From Squalus acanthias (Eukaryota), in the NCBI GenBank assembly GCA_030390025.1, contig CM059433.1:18664001-18728000 (forward strand): a stretch of DNA of 64,000 nt, given 5' to 3'. Below the pieces are notes generated by a model, which did not search any database, was not told where the DNA came from, and was given only the letters and a program-made list of their open reading frames with translations. Every line of letters begins with the position of its first letter. The first letter of the stretch is position 1. Of this stretch, positions 1 to 11,425 are shown one piece after another. A program made the translations under genes and the position numbers.

Positions 1-149
1 GCATAAGAGGACTGAAGAAGGGAAGCTGGTTGGAGTCTTGGGGGAAAGGTGGGTTCTAGGTGACCCACCCCAGTGGCAGGCAAGTGCCAGATTTTACATG
101 GGATCAGGCAGGTGCCTGAGAGCTGCCCGTAGTGGCGCAGGTGCCCGCT

Positions 150-662
150 GGCTTCATGAAAATGAGGAAAGATATAGTTGCATTGGAGGCAAATCAGAGA
201 AGGTTCACGAGGTTGATTCCGGAGATGAAGGGGTTGTCTTATGAAGAAAGGTTGAGCAGGTTGGGCCTGTACTCATTGGAGTTTAGAAGAATGAGAGGGG
301 ATCTTATTGAAACATGTAAGATTCTGAAGGGGCTTGACAGAGTAGATGCAGAGAGGATGTTTCCCCTTGTGGGGGAATCTAGAACTAGGGGGCACAGTTT
401 CAGAATAAGGGGGCACCCATTTAAAACGGAAATGAGGAGGAATTTAGTCTCTCAGAGGGTCGTGAATCTTTGGAATTCTCTTCCCCAGAGAGCTGTGGAG
501 GCTGGGTCATTGAATATATTTAAGGTGGAGATAGAAAGATTTTTGAATGGTAAGGGAGTCAAGGGTTATGGGGAGCGGGCAGGGAAGTGGAGTTGAGGCC
601 AAGCAGGCTCGAGGGGCCAAATGACCTCCTCCTGCTCCTACGTCTTATGTTCTTTATGTTAT
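150..662 (+). mobile_element. CR1-clade LINE 3' fragment (ORF2 C-terminus + 3' UTR + (TTATG)n-like tail)
   Basis: ORF 132-596: LSYEERLSRLGLYSLEFRRMRGDLIE...FSQRVVNLWNSLP motif typical of CR1 ORF2. Confidence 0.9.
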
Positions 663-2026
663 GTAATCTCCCGCTCTGTTGGGATCAGCGCTGGAGGGCA
701 TCTCCGGGCACAATCCCATAACCACCAGGATTTTTGGAGTCAGGATGTCTGCCAATTTTCTTTAACCTTGCAGTGTAATCAGTATTTGTGAAACTGCAAT
801 GAAGGTGAATTCATTCCTAAAGGTGTTTTACTTCTCTCTCTTCCTTTGTATTACTATTAAAGGGAGTCGGAGCACAGCAGTACCTGAGTGGCACTAATAT
901 TTCCTGCCTCAGGTGGCTTTTTATTGATTTAGGGAGTAGTCTGAAGCACTGATTTCAATTCCTTTTATATAGCATCTTTCATGTCCTCAGGTCATATCAA
1001 AGTGCTTTAAGGCCAATTAATTACTTTTGAATGCTAATCACTCTTGTTTTTTTTGGTGCCTCGGTTTAACGTCTCATCCAAAAGACGGCAGCTCCGACAG
1101 TACAGCACTCCCTCAGCACTGCACTGAAGTGTCAACCTACATTATATGCTCAAGTCTCTGGAGAAGGGCTTGAACCCATGGCCTTTAGACTCGGAGGCAC
1201 TGGGCCAAACTAAGACTTAAATGTAGGGAGCTCTCCTGGAATGCAGACAGGCTGCCTTCATTAATAAAGTCATTCGAGCATCTCCAGGCGCATGTAAAGA
1301 TCCAAAATGGCACGTCCCCATAGGAGGGAGAATGAAAAGAGGCTATTAGGTCTATCGAGCCTGTTTTCTCCATGGGCCGTGTGCGATGGAGTCTATGCTG
1401 GACTCTACTATTTAATATCCTGAGGTAGGTTTACCCCGGTCCACAAAAGTAAATTCAGTAAAACTTCAGAATATTTATCTAACCTCTCAAACTTGATCTC
1501 TTGGCTTCCTTGGCATGACATCTCGATGTGATTCACTAAATTGAAACTAGGAGATTTAGATCTGCATTTTACTCAATGCAGTGTTGGGCAATGTTGTGGT
1601 GCTAAAAGTAAGTAAAATGGGCCTAGGAGGCCTCCCACCGAATCTCTGCCCCTTAATCAGGCCCCTCAAATTCCCCCCCCCCCCCCCCCACTACTTCCAG
1701 CAGGGATCTCGGCTGCCCATACTTTAACTGCCCCACTACATTTAAATGACAGTGAGGGGAAGGGGGTGCTTGAGAAACTGGCTGGTTTCAATGGCATTCT
1801 ACCATAGTACCACTGACCCACTTTAAGACTAGAACAGGGGTGGCAATGCTGAGTCTGCAGTGGTGGGGTGGACACCAAATCCAACGCATGAGGGATGGGA
1901 CCTAGTCCTGACCACCTCTCACTCTCCCTCTCCTATGCCCTCCTAGCACCTGGGTCTCTGCTTCCTTTAACTGTAGCTCCTGATTCTTTCAGCAGCAGCA
2001 ACAAGTGCCCTGTAGCAGCACCATCA

Positions 2027-2498
2027 GTGTCAGCTGTGGCTCAGTGGGCAGCACTCTCGCCTCTGAGTCAGAAGGTTGTGGGTTCATAGTCCCACTCCAG
2101 GGACTTGAGCACATAAAGCTAGGCTGACACTCCAGTGCAGTGCTGAGGGAGTGCAGCACTGTCGGAGGTGCCGTCTTTCGGATGAGACGTTAAACCGAGG
2201 CCCCGTCTGCTTTCTCATGTGGACGTAAAAGATCCCATGGCACTATTTCAAAGAAGAGTAGGGAAGTTATCCCCGGTGTTCTGGCCAATATTTCTCCCTC
2301 AACCAACAGAACAAAAAAACAGATTATCTGGTCATTTATCACATTGCTGTTTGTGGGAGCTTGCTATGCGCAAATTGGCTGCCGCGTTTCCTACATTACA
2401 ACAGTGACTACACTTCAAAAAGTACTTCATTGGCTGTAAAGTGCTTTGAGACGTCTGGTGGTCGTGAAAGGTGCTATATAAATGCAAGTCTTTCTTTC
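2027..2498 (+). mobile_element. tRNA-headed Deu-domain SINE (SacSINE1/AmnSINE1-like) with L2-type tail
   Basis: A box TGGCTCAGTGG, B-box-like GGTTCATAGTCC, core GCCGTCTTTCGGATGAGACGTTAAACCGAGG...AAAGATCCCATGGCAC, tail GCTATATAAATGCAAG; about 8 copies in the window. Confidence 0.8.
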
Positions 2499-3404
2499 AC
2501 TATTTCCCTCTATTGAATTAGCAGCCTCCCTCTATAGCACCGAGATCTCATTGGGTACCCACACTACACATATAATTGACCCTGAGCCAGGACAGTAGGT
2601 TATAATCACTACTGGATTGGACTGGCTGGCTGAAATTCCCACCTCCGACGGCAATACCGCCCTGAGGGAAAATCCAGCTCTCCTCCTTTTGAATAATACA
2701 TGTTGTGTAGTTTGGACGTGCTTCCCCTGCTTTTCTTTATCTTTGAAACTGTTTGTGAAGACGTCCTCCCTCTGTTTTGTTGGGCTTTACATTGTTACAA
2801 GTTTGATGACACTATCGAACACGGGGGCGGGGAGGAGGCAGTAATGGATTTCCATTGGAGGAAGGGAGTGTACAGGGCCGCCTTGCAGAATAGTGGGACT
2901 TCCCACCACTGGCTGAGCTTTGAACGCTGAAGGTCGGTGTCGCCCCCAAGATTCCAGAGCAGGGGCCTAGTGTGATATTTGTGGTGGTTCCAATTATTCT
3001 TGTGGCTTGCTCTGAAGGAGCAGGCTCTGCACAGCAGCATAATGAAGCAACTTCATGCTATCAAAATTGAAACGGTAGAGTGGAGGTAGGGGAGGAGAGG
3101 ATTCATCGCAGAGGATGCTACAGCACAGTAAACTTAATGACAGGGAAATGGAAGCTGTACGAGAGGCAAATGGAAACAAAGGTCCCGCAATAACTGGTCC
3201 AATTTGGTAGAGTTTCACTATAAATTGATTCATGTCACGTGTCAGAATAATCCAGGGCAGTTTTCTATAAGTCATTTATTTGTTAATAAAGTTAAAAATT
3301 GTACCTACATGTCTATTAGATGTGTGCATATGTAAGCTTTGAACTGTGCGTGTAGGGACACTATTGTACGCTAATTTTAAAAGTCTCTTTGATTTGCTTT
3401 GCAG

Positions 3405-3441
3405 CTTATGCTGAGGCATACACTGAATTCCAGAGGCTGAA
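3405..3441 (+). CDS. MYOM2: Myomesin-2 internal coding exon (A)YAEAYTEFQRLK, helical linker before the last Ig domain
   Basis: Acceptor ttgctttgcag ends 3404, donor gtaagt at 3442; 37 bp, phase-compatible with the next exon; peptide resembles the myomesin My12-My13 linker. Confidence 0.9.
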
Positions 3442-3662
3442 GTAAGTTTCCATGTGGTGTGCATATATTTCATTTTCAGGTCGTGCAATTTCAAAATGCT
3501 CTTTCAAATGGAATTATTGCATAGAACACAATTTCTCCGTGCCGTCTGTTCATTAACTTTTGTCTTTGTCAGCAGAAAATATGCTGGCATTAATATTACA
3601 AAAATCCTTGAGTTTTAAAGATGCCGTTTTGTTAAATTAAATTTTCTAATTCTCATTTTCAG

Positions 3663-3685
3663 AGCGGCAGCTTTTGCAGAGAAGA
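3663..3685 (+). CDS. MYOM2: Myomesin-2 23-bp micro-exon (AAAFAEK/N)
   Basis: ctcattttcag acceptor, gtaagt donor; splices in frame to give ...QRLK-AAAFAEK-N-RGK... Confidence 0.9.
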
Positions 3686-3811
3686 GTAAGTACTGAGTCT
3701 GATTTTCCTATTTATTAAAAACATTATTTCAATTGGTGCCAAACTCTTTATTAAATAATAATACAAAAAACAGATGGTTTATTTGGGTTAACAATGATTT
3801 TCCCATTATAG

Positions 3812-3867
3812 ATCGTGGCAAAGTGTTAGGAGGATTGCCAGATGTGGTAACTATAATGGAAGGCAAG
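3812..3867 (+). CDS. MYOM2: Myomesin-2 coding exon (N)RGKVLGGLPDVVTIMEGK
   Basis: cccattatag acceptor, gtaaga donor; GGLPDVVTIMEGK is the myomesin C-terminal Ig domain start. Confidence 0.93.
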
Positions 3868-3967
3868 GTAAGACAAATGCATGATCGGAATCAGATTTCA
3901 GTGCTTCAGCGTTTTTTTATTATTTTCACTCTAAAAGGGTTATTGAAAATGCTACTTAACACTTCAT

Positions 3968-4330
3968 GCGTCCATGGCCTCGCCCCCTCCCTCCCTATCA
4001 CTGTAACCTCCTCCAGTCCTCAAACCCTCCAAAAGCTTTGCATTCCTCCAAATCTGGCCTCTTGTGCATCCCATATTTCCTTCACCCCACCTTTGGCGGC
4101 CATGCCTTCAGCTGTCTAGGTCCTAAGGGCTAGAATTCCCTCCCTAAACCACTCCACCCCTCTATCTCTCTCTCTCTCCACCTTCAAATCGCTCCTTAAA
4201 ACTTACCTTGTCACCTGTCGTAACATCTCCTTATGTGGCTTGATGTCAAATTTTGTCTAACAATGCTCCTATGAAGCGCCTTTGGACATTTTACTACGTT
4301 AAAGGCGCTATATAAATGCAAGTTGTTGTT
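3968..4330 (+). mobile_element. L2-clade LINE 3' fragment
   Basis: HGLAP...motif region and 3' end GGCGCTATATAAATGCAAG(TTG)n shared with the copies at 7940, 24045, 44186 and 54882. Confidence 0.75.
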
Positions 4331-4960
4331 AAAAATGCTGCTTCACATTGCAGACGTCGCACTGTCTTCAGATGCCAAACAACCTTTAAACTCTGGTTGC
4401 TTCTGAGCTACATCCTAAAACTGCTAAGCAGATTCCCAACTGCAAACTTCCCTTACTAACTAGTGGGGTTAAAGAGACAGTGGCATGAATACAAATTAGC
4501 TAAGGGACAGAAAGCAGACGGTAGTGGTGAACAGTTGTTTTTCAGACTGAAGGGAAGTAAACAGTAGTGTTCTCCAGGGGGCCGGTGTTAGGCCCACTGC
4601 TCTTTTTGTTATATATTAATGACCTGGACTTGGGTATACAGGGCATTATTTCAATGTTTGCAGATGATGCAAAACTCGGAACCGTAGTAACAGACTTTAG
4701 GAGGACATAGACAGACTGGTGAAATGGGCAGACACATGGCAGGTGCAATTTAATGCAGAGAAGTGTGAAGTGATGTATTTTGGTAGGTAGAATGAGGAGA
4801 GACAATATAAACTAAATGGTACAATTTTAAAGGGGGTTGCAATAACAGCGAGACCTGGGGGTGTATGTACACAAATCTTTGAAGGTGGCAGGACAAGTTG
4901 AGAAGGCTGTTTTAAAAAAAAAAAGTATACAGAATCCTTGGCTTTATAAACAGAGGCATA

Positions 4961-5585
4961 GGGCTGGATTTTGATACTGGGGCGGGATGGGGTCGTGTCA
5001 TCCACTTTTCGTGTTATCCACCCGACTGCAATTGGATGTGGGAGATTGATGCGATTTTCACCTAATTGGGCAATTGAGTTTCAGCATGTGGGAACCCATG
5101 AACCAATCAGTGTTTTCAGTCTGAAAGTCGCCTCTGATGATGTCATCATTGCTGCTGCATTGAAGGTCTGCAAAGACTGCCTGGCCTTTGCTGTGAGGAC
5201 CTGGATGTAAAATGAGTAGCAGCAGCCCTAAGTCTGCTCCCAGATATTTTTGCACCACCACTCCCAGATATGTTTCCCATCCATCCTTCCCATCCCTCCA
5301 GCCAGGTAGGTTTCACATTCGTGGTTCAGAACAGGCGTGCTTCACGTAGGAAAATGGTTAAAATCACAAAGGCCTTTCAAAATGGCATTATAGCGGCAAT
5401 TTAGTGCTTGTTAAGGGCCTTAACAGCCTATCCCGCCTCTTAGAGGCGGGACGGAGTCGGGACCAGCAGACACGATTTAATGAAAATTGCGTGGAGGCGG
5501 GCTTGTGCCCGCCCGCCAGTTTTCGCAATTTTAACCCCCCACACGCCTCCAAACCCACCTCCACTGGTCAATGAAAATCCAGCCC
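4961..5585. mobile_element. PIF/Harbinger-type MITE (625 bp)
   Basis: Perfect 12-bp TIR GGGCTGGATTTT/AAAATCCAGCCC, 3-bp TSD ATA; removing it restores CR1 sequence agaggcATAgagtacaaaagc. Confidence 0.85.
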
Positions 5586-5768
5586 ATAGAGTACAAAAGC
5601 AAGGAAGTTATGCTAAACCTTTATTAAACATTGGTTAGGCTTCAGCGAGAGTATTATCTTCAATTCTAGGCACCACAACATGCTATAGACAGGGCTAAGT
5701 GACCCCACAATCAACGGATCAATTCTTGGCACCACCTTCTTGGAGGAAGGATGTCAAGACCTTAGAAA

Positions 5769-6541
5769 GAGCACAGAATGTACTCTGGGTGGGGGACGTC
5801 AATGTCCATCACCAAGAGTGGCTCGGTAGCACCACTGCTGACCAAGCTGGCCGGGTCTTGAAGGACATAGCTGCCAGTCTGGGCCTGCGACAGGTGGTGA
5901 GAGAACCAACACGAGGGAAAAACCTACTTGACCTCGTCCTCACCAATCTACCTGTCGCAGATGCATCTGTCCATGACAGCATTGGTAGCACTGACGACCA
6001 CACAGTCATTGTGGAGACAAAGTCCCGTCTTCACACTGAGGACACCCTCCATCGTGTTGTGTGGCACTATCACCGTGCTAAATGGGATGGATTCAGAACA
6101 GATCTAGCAGCTCAAAACTGGGCAACCATGAGGTGCTGTGGGCCATCAGCAGCAGCAGAATTGTATTCCACCACAATCTGTAACCATCAAGCCAGGGGAC
6201 CAACCCTGGTTCAATAAGGAGTGTAGAAGAGCATGCCAGGAGCATCACCAGGCGTACCTAAAAATGAGGTACCAACCTGGGGAGGCTGCAACACAGGACT
6301 ACATGCATGCTAAAAAGCGGAAGCAGCGTGCTATAGACAGGGCTAAGTGATCCCACAATCAACGGATCAGATCAAAGCTCTGCCACATCCAGTCGTGAAT
6401 GGTGGTAGACAATTAAACAACTAACAGGAGGAGGAGGCTCCATGAATATCCCCATCCTCAATGATGGTGGAGCCCAGCACGTGAGTGCAAAAGACAAGGC
6501 TGAAGCGTTTGCAACCATCTTCAGCCAGAAGTGCCGAGTGG
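5769..6541 (+). mobile_element. Internal fragment (APE endonuclease/linker) of the LINE family at 35297-38764
   Basis: GDVNVHHQEW...PTRGKNLLDLVLTN...SDH-like and KPGDQPWFN motifs. Confidence 0.85.
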
Positions 6542-6682
6542 CAAATACCAGAGTTAACGTTTCAGGTCGATGACCTTTTGTCAGAACTGTGACTTAGCGT
6601 TCTGACGAAAGGTCATCGACCTAAAACATTAACTCTGTTTCTGGCTCCACAGATGCTGCCTGACCTGCTGAGTATTTCCAGA
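6542..6682. mobile_element. Inverted pair of Penelope-like terminal repeat fragments
   Basis: GTTAACGTTTCAGGTCGATGACC...AGAAC followed by its reverse complement; same repeat as at 15156, 46321 and 53223. Confidence 0.65.
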
Positions 6683-7939
6683 TTTAATGTAATTGGTAAA
6701 AGAACCAGAGATGAGATGAGGAAAAAATTCTTTACACCGAGTTGTTGTGATCTGGAATGCACTGCCTGAAAGGGTGGTGGAAGCAGATTCAATAATAACT
6801 TTCAAAAGGGAATTGGATAAATACTTGAAGGGGAAAAATTTGCAGGGCTATGGGGAAAGAGCAGGGGAGTGGGACTAATTGGAGAGCTCCTTCAAAGAGC
6901 CGGCACAGGCATGATGGGCTGAATGGCCTCTTTCTGTGCTGTAAGAATCTATGATAAACAATAATTAATCTTTGAGCGACCTCCACCTGAAATGATAAGC
7001 GTATTGCAATCTGCGATGTTGCCTCACCAAACAAATAAATTCTGATCAGACTGTGTTTACATATAGCAATCTGACTTTGTGACCTTAAAGGAACAGTACA
7101 ACTTTAACCACAGCTCCACCTTAGCAGAATACCATCTGATTTACTGTGAGCGATGGCATGGGAGATATAGAGCAGGACACACACAAACTTGTGTCACAGT
7201 ATTTGTCTTTCTGAAACTAGACTCTGAGCTTGTTACAGTGTCACCCCAGAGTCGGTGCTTAATTCATATAAAAAGTTGTAAATAAAGTTAACAAGGTCAT
7301 TCGTGTGCAATACATGCCTGTCAAAGTGGAGAAAACATAATGGCCCCAGTTTTGACCTTCAGCGTACATCGGAGGGGCAGTGGTTGGAGCATTCTTAATG
7401 CCCGATTGATGTTTTTGACGAGAGGCCTGAACCATTTCAATGGTTCGGCCTCATTTATATTGAATTGGCGAACTGCCCATGCATTTCAAGTGCTGATAGG
7501 CAGCCTGCTGTTTTGGGAGAGCGGGAAATCCGGCAGGATTACCACAACAGCACCTTTAAAGAGGAGGGTTGGGCAGATGGTGACGATGGAGGGCAGTAAT
7601 AAAGGGACTGAGGACTTTGAAGATGGTACAGGAAGAGCAATTCAGGTGATGCTGAAGGCACTTAGCCTTCCAAAACTATTAATAAAGCTGCCAGACCATC
7701 TTCCAGCAATCCCTTTAACTGAGGCACGTCCTGGCCATTTCCCACTCTTGCCTCCCATGTATACTGGGTGCCACGCCGATGACAACCAAAATGGCATTGG
7801 GGTACTACCTACATGATAGCACCCCGATATGCATGCAATATTGAGGACCCCTGTCTGTATCCAGCGGGAGCGTTGGCTGCCTAAATTGCAGCAGACAGAT
7901 GGGAAGTCGACGGTAAGTTTGTTTTTGACTTGCTCGTGG

Positions 7940-8665
7940 CCCGTTCGCAACCTTGGTGTCATATTTGACCCTGAAATGAGCTTCTGACCACATATCCGCA
8001 GCATAACAAAGACCGCCTACTTCCACCTCCGTAACATCGCCCGTCTCCACCCTTGCCTCACCTCATCCGCTGCTGAAACCCTCATCCATGCCTTTGTTAC
8101 CTCTAGACTTGACTATTCCAACGCACTCCTGGCTGGCCTCTCGCATTCCACCCTATGTAAACTTGAGGTCATCCAAAACTCGGCTGCCCGTGTCCTATCT
8201 TGCCTCAAGTCCCATTCGCCCATCACCCCTGTGCTTGCTGACCTACATTTGCTCCCAGTTAAGCAACACCTCGATTTCAAAATTCTCATCCTTGTTTTCA
8301 AATCCCTCCATGGCCTCGCCCCCTCCTATCTCTGTAATCTCCTCCAGCCCCACAACCCTCTGAGATATCTGCGCTCCTCTAATTCTGCCCTCTTGAGCAT
8401 CCCTGATTATAATCGCTCAACCATTGGTGGCCGTGCCTTCTGTTGCCTAGGCCCTAAGCTCTGGAATTCCCTGCCTAATCCTGTCCGCCTCGCTACCTCT
8501 CTTTCCTCCTTTAAGACGCTCCTACCTCTTTGACCAAGCTTTTGGTCACCTGCCCTAATTTAACCTTATGTGGCTCAGTGTCAAATTTTCTGTCTTAAAA
8601 TAATCCTGTGCAGCGCCTTAGGACATTTTACTATGTTAAAGGCACTATATAAATACTTGTTGTTA
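7940..8665 (+). mobile_element. L2 LINE 3' fragment
   Basis: LGVIFD...SRLDYSNALL...LHWLPV..IDFKIL..VFKSLHGLAPSYL...GGRAF...LWNSLP motifs; (TTG)n tail. Confidence 0.85.
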
Positions 8666-8783
8666 TGAAATGGAGTTGGTAGAGGGTTGAAAATCTGGGC
8701 CTCGGCCTTGCCTGCAACAGTGCGATAGTAAAAGCTATTAAGTTTTTGTGAGCTTTAACTTACTTTTGTGCCTTGTGCTCCAG

Positions 8784-9134
8784 ACACTGAGCCTCACTTC
8801 CACTGTGTTTGGGGACCCGTCTCCTGAGGTGACCTGGCTCAAGAATGACAAAGATCTCGAGTTGAACGATCACCACTGTGCGACTGTCGAGCAGGGAAAA
8901 CATGCTTCCCTGACCATTAAAGGCGTTAGCACGGACGATTCGGGAAAATATGGCATTAACGTCAGGAACAAATATGGCGGCGAGACAATTGATGTCACTG
9001 TAAGTGTCTATAAACACGGCGAGGAGATCCCATTGCCAAAAAGAGGGGTTCAGAAAGCCCCAGAGCCGTCAAAGGCAGCTCCTTCTAAACCTGCAGAGCC
9101 TCATAAGGATTCAAAGGTTGGAAGAAGAAAGTAA
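8784..9134 (+). CDS. MYOM2: Myomesin-2 terminal coding exon: C-terminal Ig (My13 dimerisation) domain plus Pro/Lys/Ala-rich tail
   Basis: ccttgtgctccag acceptor; TLSLTSTVFGDPSPEVTWLKND...DSGKYGINVRNKYGGETIDVTVSVYKHGEEIP; VSVYKHGE and AFAEKNRG resemble MYOM2 rather than MYOM1; stop TAA ends 9134. Confidence 0.9.
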   Translation, partial: TLSLTSTVFGDPSPEVTWLKNDKDLELNDHHCATVEQGKHASLTIKGVSTDDSGKYGINVRNKYGGETIDVTVSVYKHGEEIPLPKRGVQKAPEPSKAAPSKPAEPHKDSKVGRRK

Positions 9135-9890
9135 TGCAAAGATGACTTAAAGTGGTAACTTACTGTAAACTTAGCTTGAACTGCAGTGAGCAATTACAAG
9201 TGAAGCTTAATGTAGTAAATAGAAATTTGAATTGGGGGGGGAAAAAAAATCAATCTTGGCCTCTTCCTCGGTGCATCATACAACATTTATTCATTAGATA
9301 ATTTTTAACCTCCCAAGTCATTTAAGGAGTGATTTATCTGCCTTGATCCTCCTAGCAAATGCTGATGGCGCAAGTCGGGAAAATGCGTTTCCCCAGCCCA
9401 TGATTTTCCGTACATTAATTTTAATTAGTTTTCCGCCTGGCATGGGCCAGGAGCACTGAAGCAGAAAATCTCTAGTTTTTTTTTTGCTGAAGGCCACGAG
9501 GTCCTGGTTGTTTACAGAGGAATAAAGTTCATGGTTGTAAATGCGACAGCGTCAAAACGAGTTTATGAAGGTTTTGCAGAACGCACTGCTTTAGCTAGCT
9601 GCCGTAGTAAAATTATGTTTATTTAGAGGCTCTTCTGATCTGATGGTGCCAACCTGTTGTTTAAAAAAAAAACAGGAATGTATAAGCTGCTAGAATCTCG
9701 CACCCTCCAAATTAATTGTCACTTTGTTACTTCCAAGGGGCTTTAATATCGCAAATTAATATCAACCCTTGGCTAGAATTCACTCCTACTGTAACTGTGT
9801 CACTTGACTAATACCTACCATGTCTGAAGTTGCTGTGCTTTGTTTGTTATGCTTTGCACCAATAAAATGGCCTCTTATGGCAATCCCTGA
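9135..9890 (+). other. MYOM2: MYOM2 3' UTR with two candidate polyadenylation signals (AATAAA at 9521-9526 and 9861-9866)
   Basis: Non-repetitive AT-rich sequence after the stop codon with two canonical hexamers; true end not determinable. Confidence 0.55.
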
Positions 9891-10417
9891 TGCACACTTG
9901 TATTCCTGTCTCACACAAGTCTCATAATTCTCGCATCTAAAGTCACGTTTTTAAAAATTGGCTGGATTATGACTAATTATTTCACTCTTGATTCAATGCC
10001 TGAAATATTTGTTCAGCACTTTTTTTTTTATTTGATGTATGATTTTCACCAGTCGTGGAATAGTAACACATGCATATGGAAGCAAATTTGTTAAATATTT
10101 CCCAGCCCAAAGGGACTGGAAAGCACACCTTCAGTTTAACTCCGAGCTCAGCTTGAATTCAGTGCAGACTAAAGGCATAAAAGTCTCTTCTTTCAACGTA
10201 AAGACTCCTTGTGAAATGGGTATGTGTCGTCGCAACCCAGTTCCGAGTGGGCTTAGAACATAAAACTATCCATCAGCCAACCGACTTATTCAAAAGAGCA
10301 CAAATGGCCGGTGTTCGGCCCAACCATCAATGATTTACCTTCTGTCATAAGGTCATGAGGCAGTTCGCTGATGATTCTACAGTGCTCAGACCCATTTACA
10401 ATGCTTATAATGAAAAG

Positions 10418-10870
10418 AAAAGAAAGGCTTGCATTTCTATAGCATCCTTCACAACCTCAGGACATCCCAAAGTGCTTTGTAGCCAATGCAGTTCTTTTTG
10501 AAGTGTAGTCACTGTTGTAATGTAGGAAACGCAGCAGCCAATTTGCGCACAGCAAGCTCCCACCAACAGCAATGTGACAATGACCAGATAATCTGTTTTT
10601 CTAGTGATGTTGATTGAGGAATAACTGTTGGCCAGGACACCGGGGATAACTCCCCTCCTGCTCTTTGAAATAGTGCCATGGGATCTTTTACCTCCACCCG
10701 AGAGAGCAGACGGGGCTTTGGTTTAAAGTCTCATCGAAAGGCGACACCTCCAACAGTGCAGCACTCCCTCAGTACTGCACTGGTGTGTCACCCTAAATTT
10801 GTGCTCAAGTCTCTGGAGTGGGACTTGAACCCAGAATCTTCTGACTCAGAGGCGAGAGTGCTACCCACTG
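10418..10870 (-). mobile_element. Deu-domain tRNA SINE
   Basis: Reverse complement of the 2027-2498 family. Confidence 0.8.
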
Positions 10871-11425
10871 TTCAGGGTGAAATCAGGAAGCACTTTTTCT
10901 CAAAATGGGTAGTGGTAACATGCAATTCCCTTCCACAAAAGGCTGTGAATGCTGGATCAATTGAAATTTTCTAGGCTGAGTGACAGATTTTTATTAGGTA
11001 AGGATATCAAAGGATATGGATCAAAGGTAGGTAAAATGGAGTTGAGGTATAGATCAGTCATGATCTAATCGAATGACGGAACAGGCTTGAGGGGCTGAAT
11101 GGCCCACTCCTGTTCCCATGTTCCAACCTTCAACAGCACCACCATTGCTCATCAACATCTTGGAGTCACCACTGACCAGAAGCTTAACTGAAAGCAGCCA
11201 TATTAACTACATGGCTACAAGAGCAGGGTATAAGCTCGGAACTTGGTGATGAGTGGATCACCTCCTGACCGCTCAAAGCCTCGCTACCATCTGCAAGGCT
11301 CGTCAGGAGTGTGATGGAGTACTCACTACTTGTCTGGACAGGTGCAGCCACAACAACACCCAAACAGCCTTGACACCATCCAGGACAAAGCAGTTTGATT
11401 GGTCAGTGCCCTGCCACTGGACTTT

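Larger units (their letters stand above)
4460..6955 (+). mobile_element. CR1 LINE fragment interrupted by a Harbinger MITE, a second LINE fragment and a Penelope-repeat hairpin
   Basis: CR1 RT-region sequence (PQG.VLGP.LF, FADD) is continuous across the insertions and ends in a CR1 3' tail near 6950. Confidence 0.75.

Noticed and set aside
2027..2100. tRNA gene
   Set aside because: A/B boxes belong to a SINE head repeated many times in the window and followed by SINE core and tail
3733..4119. 128-aa ORF as a standalone gene
   Set aside because: Only 3812-3867 is a MYOM2 exon; the rest is intron and L2 sequence
7342..8701. Harbinger-type element spanning the L2 fragment (GGCCCCAGTTTT ... AAAATCTGGGCC)
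   Set aside because: TIR match is imperfect and flanks (AAT/TCG) give no TSD; plausible but not supportable
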